From: Micavibrio sp.
Lineage (GTDB): Bacteria > Pseudomonadota > Alphaproteobacteria > Micavibrionales > UBA9664
Assembly: GCA_002699085.1 (NCBI GenBank)
Contig: PAAR01000009.1
Coordinates: forward strand, 7,725-71,724
Length of the DNA: 64,000 nt
Direction: 5' to 3'
The notes beneath the pieces were generated by a model. The model had not been told where the DNA came from. It was given only the letters and a program-made list of their open reading frames with translations, and did not search any database. The position numbers were made by a program, and so were the translations under genes. The stretch's first letter is position 1. Each line of letters begins with the position of its first letter. Of the stretch, positions 47,053 through 55,235 are shown piece by piece.

Positions 47053-49473
47053 ATGGACTTAATGTTAGACGATAATCAAAGCCTACCCGTATTACCTTTG
47101 CGTGACATAGTGGTGTTTCCACATATGATCGTGCCGCTCTTTGTTGGGCGCGATAAATCTGTTCTAGCGCTTGAAAGCGTTATGAATGAAGACAAGCATA
47201 TTATGCTGGCTACGCAAAAAACCTCAGGGCTTGATAATCCATCGGAAGAAGATTTATATACTGTTGGGACAATTGGTACTGTTTTGCAGATGCTGAAACT
47301 GCCAGATGGGACGGTAAAAGTTCTTGTTGAAGGTAAGCAGCGTGCTGAAATTACCGAATTTAAAAAGAATCCAGACTTCTTTGAAGCTTTTGTTTCGCCG
47401 ATTGCTGAATACGAACCAGATACAGAGGAAATGAATGCTCTTGTGCGGGCGGTTGTGACACAGTTTGAAGAATATGTGAAGCTGAATAAGAAGATCCCGC
47501 CAGAAGTTTTGGCGACGTTAAGCACAATTAAACAGCATTCAAAGCTTGCCGATACAATCGCCGCTCATTTATCTATTAAACTCGATGAAAAGCAGAAGAT
47601 TTTAGAGATTAATTCAGTTGTTGAGCGTCTGGAGCGTATTTTTAGTTACATGGAAGGCGAAATTGGCGTTTTACAAGTTGAAAAGCGCATTCGTGGGCGT
47701 GTTAAAAAGCAGATGGAAAAAACACAGCGTGAGTATTATCTGAATGAGCAAATGAAAGCTATTCAGAAAGAGCTTAACGAAGGCGAAGATGGTGTTGATG
47801 AAATAGGCGAGATTGAGAAGAAGCTTAAAAACCTAAAATTATCAAAAGAAGCACGTGAGAAAGTGCAATCTGAAGTCAAAAAACTGCGTATGATGAGCCC
47901 AATGTCCGCAGAGGCAACGGTTATTCGTAATTATCTTGATTGGATCGCCTCGCTCCCTTGGCAGAAAAAGACACGATTAAAGAAAGATTTGTCTCGTGCA
48001 GAAGCCGTGCTTGACCAAGATCATTACGGGCTTGAAAAGGTGAAAGAACATATCATTGAATATTTGGCTGTTCAGCAGCGTAGCGCTAAAGTACGTGGGC
48101 CAATCTTGTGCCTAGTAGGCCCTCCGGGTGTTGGTAAAACGTCTTTGGCTAAATCTATTGCTGAGGCGACCAACCGTAAGTTTGTCCGTATGTCTTTGGG
48201 TGGTGTGCGTGATGAATCTGAAATCAGAGGGCATCGACGTACATATATTGGTGCACTACCTGGTAAAGTTGTTCAGAACATGAAAAAAGCCAAAAGCTCT
48301 AATCCGCTCTTCTTATTTGATGAGATTGATAAATTAGGGGCTGACTGGCGTGGTGATCCTTCTTCGGCACTGCTTGAGGTTTTAGACCCAGAACAAAACG
48401 CAACATTCAATGACCATTATTTGGAATTGGATTATGATTTATCTGATGTGATGTTTATCTGTACGGCAAATTCTTTGAATATGCCAAGACCATTGCTGGA
48501 TCGTATGGAGATCATTCGTCTATCTGGTTATACAGAGGATGAAAAGGTGGAAATCTTTAAACGCCACTTGCTCAAAAAGCAGATGGATTCTGCTGGGTTA
48601 AAAAAAGGCGAGATTGAAATTACTGAAGCAGCTATTCGTGACTTGATCCGCTATTATACACGTGAAGCAGGAGTGCGTAATTTAGAGCGCGAAATTGCCC
48701 GCGTCTGCCGAAAAGTTATAAAAGAGATATTGGTTAGTAAAGGTGAGCTTACATCCGTTAAAGTTACTCCTAAAGAACTTGAGAAATATGCAGGTATTCC
48801 AAAATATCGTTACGGTGAAATGGATAAAGACAATCTCGTCGGCCATGTGAATGGTCTTGCTTATACAGAAACTGGCGGTGATTTGCTTTCTATTGAGGCG
48901 GTTGTTATGCCGGGTAAGGAAGGCCGTGTTAGCTATACAGGTAACTTGAAAGATGTCATGAAGGAATCGATCCGTGTCGCCGAGATGCTTATTAAATCTC
49001 GTGCAGCCTCATTAGGTATTGATTATGAGCGCTTAATGCATCAAGCAGTTCACGTACATGTGCCTGAGGGGGCTGTGCCAAAAGATGGTCCTTCGGCAGG
49101 TGCTGCGATGGTGACATCTATTGTGTCGGCTTTTACAGGCATCAAAGTGAAGCGTGAAGTGGCGATGACAGGTGAAGTAAATTTACGTGGCTATGTAACA
49201 GCTATTGGCGGATTGAAAGAGAAATTGTTAGCAGCCATGCGTGGTGGTGTGACAACTGTGCTTATTCCAGAAGAAAATATGAAGGATTTGCCAGATATTC
49301 CTGACAATGTGAAGTCCGCAGTGACAATTATTCCGGTCAGTCGTATAGAAGAAGTGCTGTCTCATGCACTTGAATCAGTGCCAGAAGCCTTACCTGAAAA
49401 GACCGTCGAAGAGCTTGCAGAGCTAGTATCTAGCCGAAAAACAAGCGATGCAGATGACATAATACGGCATTAA
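47053..49473 (+). CDS. lon: ATP-dependent Lon protease
   Basis: 806 aa. LON N-domain (LPLRDIVVFPHM), Walker A GPPGVGKTS, and protease Ser motif PKDGPSAG. Confidence 0.97.
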   Translation: MDLMLDDNQSLPVLPLRDIVVFPHMIVPLFVGRDKSVLALESVMNEDKHIMLATQKTSGLDNPSEEDLYTVGTIGTVLQMLKLPDGTVKVLVEGKQRAEITEFKKNPDFFEAFVSPIAEYEPDTEEMNALVRAVVTQFEEYVKLNKKIPPEVLATLSTIKQHSKLADTIAAHLSIKLDEKQKILEINSVVERLERIFSYMEGEIGVLQVEKRIRGRVKKQMEKTQREYYLNEQMKAIQKELNEGEDGVDEIGEIEKKLKNLKLSKEAREKVQSEVKKLRMMSPMSAEATVIRNYLDWIASLPWQKKTRLKKDLSRAEAVLDQDHYGLEKVKEHIIEYLAVQQRSAKVRGPILCLVGPPGVGKTSLAKSIAEATNRKFVRMSLGGVRDESEIRGHRRTYIGALPGKVVQNMKKAKSSNPLFLFDEIDKLGADWRGDPSSALLEVLDPEQNATFNDHYLELDYDLSDVMFICTANSLNMPRPLLDRMEIIRLSGYTEDEKVEIFKRHLLKKQMDSAGLKKGEIEITEAAIRDLIRYYTREAGVRNLEREIARVCRKVIKEILVSKGELTSVKVTPKELEKYAGIPKYRYGEMDKDNLVGHVNGLAYTETGGDLLSIEAVVMPGKEGRVSYTGNLKDVMKESIRVAEMLIKSRAASLGIDYERLMHQAVHVHVPEGAVPKDGPSAGAAMVTSIVSAFTGIKVKREVAMTGEVNLRGYVTAIGGLKEKLLAAMRGGVTTVLIPEENMKDLPDIPDNVKSAVTIIPVSRIEEVLSHALESVPEALPEKTVEELAELVSSRKTSDADDIIRH

Positions 49474-49627
49474 TCGCAAAAAAAGCGCTATTTTTAGTGA
49501 AAAACCGCTTTTTTATGCTTAAAAGCCTTGACGACACTGGGCTGGGCATGGTTTCATTTCATAGTTCGATAGGGGGTAACCTTGGATATCGGACATAACC
49601 AAACTTTCAAATGAAGGGAACTATTCC

Positions 49628-49900
49628 ATGAATAAATCTGAACTTATTGCTAAAGTAGCAGAACTAGCTGACACTACAAAAGCAACAGCTGAGAAAACTG
49701 TTAATGCAACTTTCGACGCAATCAAAACAGCACTTAAAAAAGGTGATGTTGTTCGTCTAGTTGGTTTCGGTACTTTCGAAGTATCTAAGCGTGCAGCACG
49801 TCAGGGTCGTAACCCACAAACTGGTGCTGTTATTCAGATCAAAGCTTCTAAACAACCTAAGTTTAAAGCTGGTAAAGAATTGAAAGACGCCGTTAACTAA
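49628..49900 (+). CDS. hupB: Nucleoid-associated protein HU
   Basis: 90 aa. MNKSELI... and GFGTFEV...RQGRNPQTG are hallmarks of the HU/IHF family. Confidence 0.95.
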   Translation: MNKSELIAKVAELADTTKATAEKTVNATFDAIKTALKKGDVVRLVGFGTFEVSKRAARQGRNPQTGAVIQIKASKQPKFKAGKELKDAVN

Positions 49901-49928
49901 TTTAACCGCGTTTTTTTTATAAGATTTT

Positions 49929-49961
49929 AATGGCTGCGCTTTAGGGTGCAGCCATTTTTTA
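49929..49961 (+). terminator. Rho-independent terminator after hup
   Basis: AATGGCTGC-gctttagggt-GCAGCCATT followed by TTTTT. Confidence 0.8.
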
Positions 49962-50032
49962 TTGGTTTTTATGAACAAAAAAGCTTGAAATGCTTGGCAA
50001 AACCAATTATTGATATCCTTCTTGATCTTGAT

Positions 50033-50108
50033 GGGTGATTAGCTCAGTTGGTAGAGCATCTCGTTTACACCGAGAGGGTCAGCGGTTCGAGCCCGTTATC
50101 ACCCACCA
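50033..50108 (+). tRNA. tRNA-Val (UAC), CCA encoded
   Basis: GGGTGAT...ATCACCC acceptor stem, D-arm AGCTCAGTTGGTAGAGC, anticodon stem-loop TCTCG-TTTACAC-CGAGA, and T-arm GCGGTTCGAGCCCGT. Confidence 0.93.
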
Positions 50109-50197
50109 GCCTTCGCCTTTTAGGCTTCGGCTCGGCAAGCCATTTTAGGATCAGATATTTATTTTCCACTAAAGATGTTTTATGTTTGGCGAAGGCT
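50108..50197. repeat. Inverted repeat (10-bp perfect arms, about 70-nt loop) abutting the tRNA-Val 3' end
   Basis: agccttcgcc (50108-50117) and ggcgaaggct (50188-50197) are exact reverse complements. The interior holds further gcttcgg/ctgaagc-type partial repeats. Confidence 0.7.
50121..50143 (+). repeat. Left copy of the 23-bp direct repeat flanking GIY-YIG cassette A
   Basis: taggcttcggctcggcaagccat. It is 21/23 identical to 50483-50505. Confidence 0.7.
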
Positions 50198-50233
50198 GTC
50201 GCGCTGAAGCGATAGCGTAAGCGGACATATAAT

Positions 50234-50473
50234 ATGAAATACGTATATATTCTTCAAAGTGTAACTGATGAAACTAAGTTTTATTCAGGTCTGACAGATG
50301 ATTTAAAGTTGAGGCTGAAGAAACACAATGACTTAGAAGTAAAGCATACGTCAAAATATGCACCATGGAAAATAAAGACTTATTTGGCATTCTCTATAGA
50401 GGCGCAAGCCGTGTTATTCGAGCGCTATTTAAAAACAGCATCAGGCCGTGCCTTCGCAAAGAAGCGATTATAG
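50234..50473 (+). CDS. Small GIY-YIG nuclease-family protein (UPF0213/YhbQ-like), copy A
   Basis: 79 aa. YVYILQS...FYSGLTDDLKLRLKKHN...PWKIK...FERYLK follows the GIY-(10 aa)-YxG-...R..HN...E pattern of minimal GIY-YIG domains. Confidence 0.8.
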   Translation: MKYVYILQSVTDETKFYSGLTDDLKLRLKKHNDLEVKHTSKYAPWKIKTYLAFSIEAQAVLFERYLKTASGRAFAKKRL

Positions 50474-50482
50474 TATATTTCT

Positions 50483-50505
50483 AGGCTGCGGCTCGGCAAA
50501 CCATC
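50483..50505 (+). repeat. Right copy of the 23-bp direct repeat flanking GIY-YIG cassette A
   Basis: taggctgcggctcggcaaaccat. It starts 10 nt after the GIY-YIG stop codon. Confidence 0.7.
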
Positions 50506-50552
50506 AAATCATTTCTTCTTGCGCATCAAATACATAAAACATATAAATAATT

Positions 50553-51218
50553 ATGTCTGTATTTGATATTCTTATTCGTTATTACCCAGCTTTTTTTCAA
50601 GGCCTTATGGTGACTATGCAATTATCAGCCATTATTTGGCTGAGTGGTATTTTTATTGGTACCACGATTGGCGTTTTATCTAATCGATATCAAATAGGTG
50701 TAGGTATTCCTGCCCGCATTACATCTTTTTTACTGTCAGGCATTCCGATCCTTGTTTTTCTCTTTTGGCTGCATTATCCGGCTCAGGCGATGTTTGATAT
50801 TGTGGTTGATCCTTTTTATACAGCAGCCCTCACTCTTTCTATTGTTAATATATTTGGGGTGGCTGATTTGGTGCGGACGGCGCTTGATGATTTTCCTAAG
50901 CAGTATTTAACAGCGGCGAAGGTCTCAGGCCTTACCCGTAAGCAAACTATTTTGAATATACAACTGCCACTTATTTTTAGGCAGGTATTGCCAGGGCTGT
51001 TGTTATTGCAAGTAATGATGTTGCATACAACGTTGTTTGCGTCACTTATTTCGGTGGAAGAAATTTTCCGTGTGGCACAGCGTATTAATGCGCAGATTTA
51101 CCGCCCTGTAGAGATTTATACAGCACTTGGCGTGTTCTTTTTAATGGTGTCTCTACCTATTAATGGTTTTGCTTTGTGGTTTAAAGCGAAGTTCACTCGT
51201 GATATTTCGGAGAGTTAA
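50553..51218 (+). CDS. Polar amino-acid-type ABC transporter permease (single permease gene)
   Basis: 221 aa with about 5 TM helices. HisM/GlnP-like layout with an EAA-type loop (AAKVSGLTRKQTILNIQLP). Confidence 0.85.
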   Translation: MSVFDILIRYYPAFFQGLMVTMQLSAIIWLSGIFIGTTIGVLSNRYQIGVGIPARITSFLLSGIPILVFLFWLHYPAQAMFDIVVDPFYTAALTLSIVNIFGVADLVRTALDDFPKQYLTAAKVSGLTRKQTILNIQLPLIFRQVLPGLLLLQVMMLHTTLFASLISVEEIFRVAQRINAQIYRPVEIYTALGVFFLMVSLPINGFALWFKAKFTRDISES

Positions 51219-51219
51219 T

Positions 51220-52053
51220 ATGAGACAAATGATTCTTACACTCCTTATATACCTTTTAGCTATGCCTGCTGCCTTCGCAAAAGATAAAGAAAGCACCTAT
51301 GACCGTGTGATACGTACGGGAGAAATACGGTGTGGCTACCTTCCTTGGCCACCCTTATTATCTAAAGATATGAACACAGGTGAGGTTGAAGGACCGGTTG
51401 CGGACTATATTAATCGCATAGGAGAAGTTTTAGATCTAAAAATTATTTGGAGCACTGAGTTAAATTTAACCACGTATTTACAAGACTTGAATAATAAACG
51501 TTTTGATATGGAGTGTGGCGGCGGGTGGCCTAATGCTATTCGTGGAAAATATGTCGATTACACAGCACCCATTTTTTATATGCCCTTTCAAATTATAAAA
51601 AGAAAAGGTGACTCACGATTTACTGATTTGGTGGCGTTAAACGATCCAGATTTCACCATGGCGATTATGGATGGTGAGAATTCAGCGGCGACAAAGCAAC
51701 TTAAATTCCCAAAGTCCAACGTCGTTGAAATTCCTTCTTCGGGGCAAGTATCAGATTTAATTTTAGCTGTTGCGACAAAGAAAGCAGATTTTACTGTCGT
51801 GAATACGCCTTCTGCCCTTGCGTATATGCAGAATAACCAAGATAAGATTGAATTGGTTGAACCGCCAGTAAAATATATCCCGATTAATATTTCTATAGCC
51901 CAAGACGAACCAAAGCTTAAAACAATGTTGAATGTTGCCACAGAGCAATTGGTTTTATCGGGTGAAATAGACCAAATTCTTAAAAATCATGACCCTGAGC
52001 ACGCCTCCTACGTGCGTGTTGCAAAACCCTACATAGAGGAGCTGAATAAATGA
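51220..52053 (+). CDS. Periplasmic substrate-binding protein, family 3, paralogue 1
   Basis: Signal peptide ends AFA-KD. IRCGY...DMECGGGW...R motif set is shared with the three following ORFs. Start is 1 nt after the permease stop. Confidence 0.85.
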   Translation: MRQMILTLLIYLLAMPAAFAKDKESTYDRVIRTGEIRCGYLPWPPLLSKDMNTGEVEGPVADYINRIGEVLDLKIIWSTELNLTTYLQDLNNKRFDMECGGGWPNAIRGKYVDYTAPIFYMPFQIIKRKGDSRFTDLVALNDPDFTMAIMDGENSAATKQLKFPKSNVVEIPSSGQVSDLILAVATKKADFTVVNTPSALAYMQNNQDKIELVEPPVKYIPINISIAQDEPKLKTMLNVATEQLVLSGEIDQILKNHDPEHASYVRVAKPYIEELNK

Positions 52054-52874
52054 AATATATAATCACAGTTTTCTTATTAGTGTTTTCTATGCCTGCCTTT
52101 GCAGGTAAGTCATACGATCATTTTGAAAAGACGAATACATTGCGCTGTGGCTTCCAATATTGGGATGGGGGCGTTGCCAAGAATGAAGAAACGGGCGAAA
52201 TGGAAGGCTTTATTGTTGATTTGACCAATGAGTTGGCCAAGACAGGCGGTTTCGAGGTCGAGTGGGTTGGGCCGATTGATTGGGGTCAGGTCAAGGCTGA
52301 ATTAGCGTCAGGTAAAATTGATGCGATGTGTGCAGGGATGTGGCAGGCAGGCCAAAAAGCGCGCTATATGATCTTTTCAGAGCCATTTGCGTATCAGGGT
52401 GCTGAAGCATTTGTTAGGCCAGATGAAACCCGTTTCACGAAAGATTTTCAGAATATCAATGATCCATCAATTACGATTGTTGTCGTCGATGGTGATAATG
52501 ACCAATTTATAGCGAATGCGCAATTTCCGAAAGCGAAGCAGTTTTCTATGCCATTGGGTGCGTCTGATACAGACAAGCTGCAAGCTGTGACGCATAAAAA
52601 GGCCGATATTGCCTTCACTGCGCCAAGCTTGGGATATCAATATATGCTAGCTAATCCAGACACTATAAAGCGCCTAAGTCCTGAGAACTATTTGCGTGTG
52701 TTTGGTAATACCTATGTGGTCAATTCAGAAGAGTTCCAACTCATGCACTATTTAGAAACACTTTTGGCGGAACTGGAAAATGCGGGGTATGTCGATCAGT
52801 TGATCGATACCTATAGTAAAGATTATCCATTGATATTTATTAAGAAGCAGAAGCCATATGTAGGTGCTGAATGA
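52050..52874 (+). CDS. Periplasmic substrate-binding protein, family 3, paralogue 2
   Basis: ATGA overlap with paralogue 1. Signal peptide ends AFA-GK. Has LRCGF and DAMCAGMW motifs. Confidence 0.85.
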   Translation: MKYIITVFLLVFSMPAFAGKSYDHFEKTNTLRCGFQYWDGGVAKNEETGEMEGFIVDLTNELAKTGGFEVEWVGPIDWGQVKAELASGKIDAMCAGMWQAGQKARYMIFSEPFAYQGAEAFVRPDETRFTKDFQNINDPSITIVVVDGDNDQFIANAQFPKAKQFSMPLGASDTDKLQAVTHKKADIAFTAPSLGYQYMLANPDTIKRLSPENYLRVFGNTYVVNSEEFQLMHYLETLLAELENAGYVDQLIDTYSKDYPLIFIKKQKPYVGAE

Positions 52875-53686
52875 AATATTTTTTAGCTTTTTTAGCCTTT
52901 GTTTTTTTGAGCTCAACGGTATATGCCGAGACATCATTTGATCGTGTTCTAAAAGACAGAACAATAAGATGTAGTTATGCGTCATTAGCCCCTTTTATGA
53001 TTATTAATGCTAATACGCAAGAAAAATCAGGGATTTTTCCTGAAATTATGACAGAGATTGGGCAGCGGTTAGACCTTGATATTGATTGGGTTGAAGAGGT
53101 GTCCTATCCGCAGATCGCAACGGGCTTGCAGACCAAACGGTATGATGCGTTTTGTGGTACTTTGTGGGCAACACCTGCAAGAGCGTCTTCTATGACCTTT
53201 ACTAAGCCTTTATATTATCAAGCGGTGCATGCCTGCGTTGCCGATAAAAATACTGCCTATGATAATTCAGTAGAAGCACTTAACAGTGCCGATAAAAAAT
53301 TGATGGCTTATGATGGCGATGTATCTATGCAGTTAACGAAGGCTCTGTTCCCAAAAGCGGAGATCACTACTATCCCTGATATGATGTCTTTTGCAGAAGC
53401 GATGCAGTGGATATCGACAGGCAAAGTTGATGCTGTGGCGACATGTAACAAGCTTATTATGGAGGACTTTAACAAAAACGCTGATAAGAAAGTAAAGCTA
53501 GCTAATCCATCGACACCCCTGACATATGTTATGGCGCCGATTGGTGTCGGTTTAAATGAAACAGCGTTAAGTGATATGTTAAGCGTTGCTATTTTCGATA
53601 TGCAAATGGACGGCACATTAGATCGTATTTTGAGCAAATATATGACAGATTATGAAGACGAAATGATTATTCCAAAGGTTAAATAA
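52871..53686 (+). CDS. Periplasmic substrate-binding protein, family 3, paralogue 3
   Basis: ATGA overlap with paralogue 2. Signal peptide ends VYA-ET. Has IRCSY and DAFCGTLW motifs. Confidence 0.85.
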   Translation: MKYFLAFLAFVFLSSTVYAETSFDRVLKDRTIRCSYASLAPFMIINANTQEKSGIFPEIMTEIGQRLDLDIDWVEEVSYPQIATGLQTKRYDAFCGTLWATPARASSMTFTKPLYYQAVHACVADKNTAYDNSVEALNSADKKLMAYDGDVSMQLTKALFPKAEITTIPDMMSFAEAMQWISTGKVDAVATCNKLIMEDFNKNADKKVKLANPSTPLTYVMAPIGVGLNETALSDMLSVAIFDMQMDGTLDRILSKYMTDYEDEMIIPKVK

Positions 53687-53687
53687 A

Positions 53688-54503
53688 ATGAAGTATTTAT
53701 TAATAGCATTTTTATTGATTTTTTCTTGCTCAGTACAGGCCGAAGAAAAAGCACTTGAGCGTGTTTTATCTAAGGGTGAAATTAGATGTGGTTATGGTAT
53801 TTCACCACCTGTTTTAGTTGTGGACCCAAATACAGGCGAGATTTCAGGGCTTGATTATGATGTCTGGCAAGAAATAGGCAAAGAGTTAGATGTGAGAATT
53901 ATCTGGGCTGAAGAAGCGGGCTGGGGTGTTTATAATGAAGGCTTAAAGGCTGGGCGTTATGATGCTTTCTGTTCACAGGTCTGGCCCAATCCAACGCGCT
54001 TGAAACACTCTTCCTTAGCAGGGCCAGTAGTTAGCAATGCACTTAAAGCTTATGTTCGCAAAGATGATACACGTTTTGATGGCAACCTTGAGCGCATAAA
54101 TCAAAGTGATATTAAAATTCCTGCTGTTGATGGTGATGTTTCTGTGACGATGGCAAAAAATAGATTTCCGAATGCGCAAATACTGGCCTTGCCAGAAATG
54201 GCAACTGTGGCTGACTTGTTTATGTCAGTTATAACCAAAAAAGCTGATGTAATGTTTTTAGATGAGTCGTTCTATCAAGAGTTAAGCAAGGTACACGGGG
54301 ATGTTCTACGTCCTGCAAAAGATACAGCACCAGTATTTGTTTATGGAGGTTACTATTCATTTAAGCAAGGGGAATACCAATTGAGAGATATGGTTAATAT
54401 TGCATTGAAACGAATTATAGACGACGGTCGTTTGGAAAACATAGCGCTTCGTTATTCAAATAAATATTTGCTTCCTACAAAAAGTTATGAGGTGCAGAAA
54501 TAA
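53688..54503 (+). CDS. Periplasmic substrate-binding protein, family 3, paralogue 4
   Basis: Starts 1 nt after paralogue 3. Signal peptide ends VQA-EE. Has IRCGY and DAFCSQVW motifs. Confidence 0.85.
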   Translation: MKYLLIAFLLIFSCSVQAEEKALERVLSKGEIRCGYGISPPVLVVDPNTGEISGLDYDVWQEIGKELDVRIIWAEEAGWGVYNEGLKAGRYDAFCSQVWPNPTRLKHSSLAGPVVSNALKAYVRKDDTRFDGNLERINQSDIKIPAVDGDVSVTMAKNRFPNAQILALPEMATVADLFMSVITKKADVMFLDESFYQELSKVHGDVLRPAKDTAPVFVYGGYYSFKQGEYQLRDMVNIALKRIIDDGRLENIALRYSNKYLLPTKSYEVQK

Positions 54504-55228
54504 TGCTCATTGCTAAAAATATTCATAAATCGTTTGGTGATAAGAAAGTTCTTAATGGCCTTGATTTGACGATTAAACCCGGTGAGATTACGTGTGCGAT
54601 TGGTCCAAGTGGAACAGGTAAGACAACATTATTACGGGCACTTGGTTGTTTGGACTATCCAGAGCAGGGCAGTATTGAAATTGATGGTCTTAAACACAAT
54701 TTCCCATTAGCTGATAGTGCTGAACCGCCGCATCCATGGCCGCATATGACAGTGGTGTTTCAATCGCTCTTTCTATGGCCGCATATGACCTTGCGTGAGA
54801 ATATTATGTTACCAGCACGTAATTGTAATCCGAATGCGGCCAAAGATATTGAAGGGCTTATTAATATCTTTGATATGGAGCACTTTATAGATAAATTTCC
54901 AAATCAGGCATCAATTGGCCAGCGTCAGCGTGTGGCGCTCGTAAGGGCACTTTTATTAAACCCGAAATATATTTTGATGGATGAGATCACGTCTGCTTTG
55001 GATGTTGAGCAGACGGCTAAAATTTTGACAAAACTGACGCATTTAAAAGAACGTGGTATCGGTATTTTTATTATCACCCATGAGCTCGGCTTTGCACGGA
55101 ATGCTGCCGATCATATTGTGTTCTTAGATGATGGACGTGTTGCAGAAGATGGTGGCCCAGATATTTTGAAAAATCCTCAAACACCACGCCTTAAAGAATT
55201 CCTTCAAATGGCCTCTGAAATATTCTAA
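54503..55228 (+). CDS. ABC transporter ATP-binding protein (polar amino-acid type) with atypical signature motif
   Basis: 241 aa. Walker A GPSGTGKTT, Walker B ILMDEITSALD, H-loop ITHE. The signature reads ASIGQ instead of LSGGQ. TAATG coupling to paralogue 4. Confidence 0.88.
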   Translation: MLIAKNIHKSFGDKKVLNGLDLTIKPGEITCAIGPSGTGKTTLLRALGCLDYPEQGSIEIDGLKHNFPLADSAEPPHPWPHMTVVFQSLFLWPHMTLRENIMLPARNCNPNAAKDIEGLINIFDMEHFIDKFPNQASIGQRQRVALVRALLLNPKYILMDEITSALDVEQTAKILTKLTHLKERGIGIFIITHELGFARNAADHIVFLDDGRVAEDGGPDILKNPQTPRLKEFLQMASEIF

Positions 55229-55235
55229 TCGAAGA

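Noticed and set aside
50228-50233. Perfect TATAAT hexamer immediately abutting the ATG of GIY-YIG copy A, considered as its own promoter.
   Set aside because: A -10 box ending at -1 would place the transcription start inside the ORF. No matching -35 lies at 17 nt. It is more likely chance in AT-rich sequence, so expression by read-through from the tRNA remains the simpler idea.
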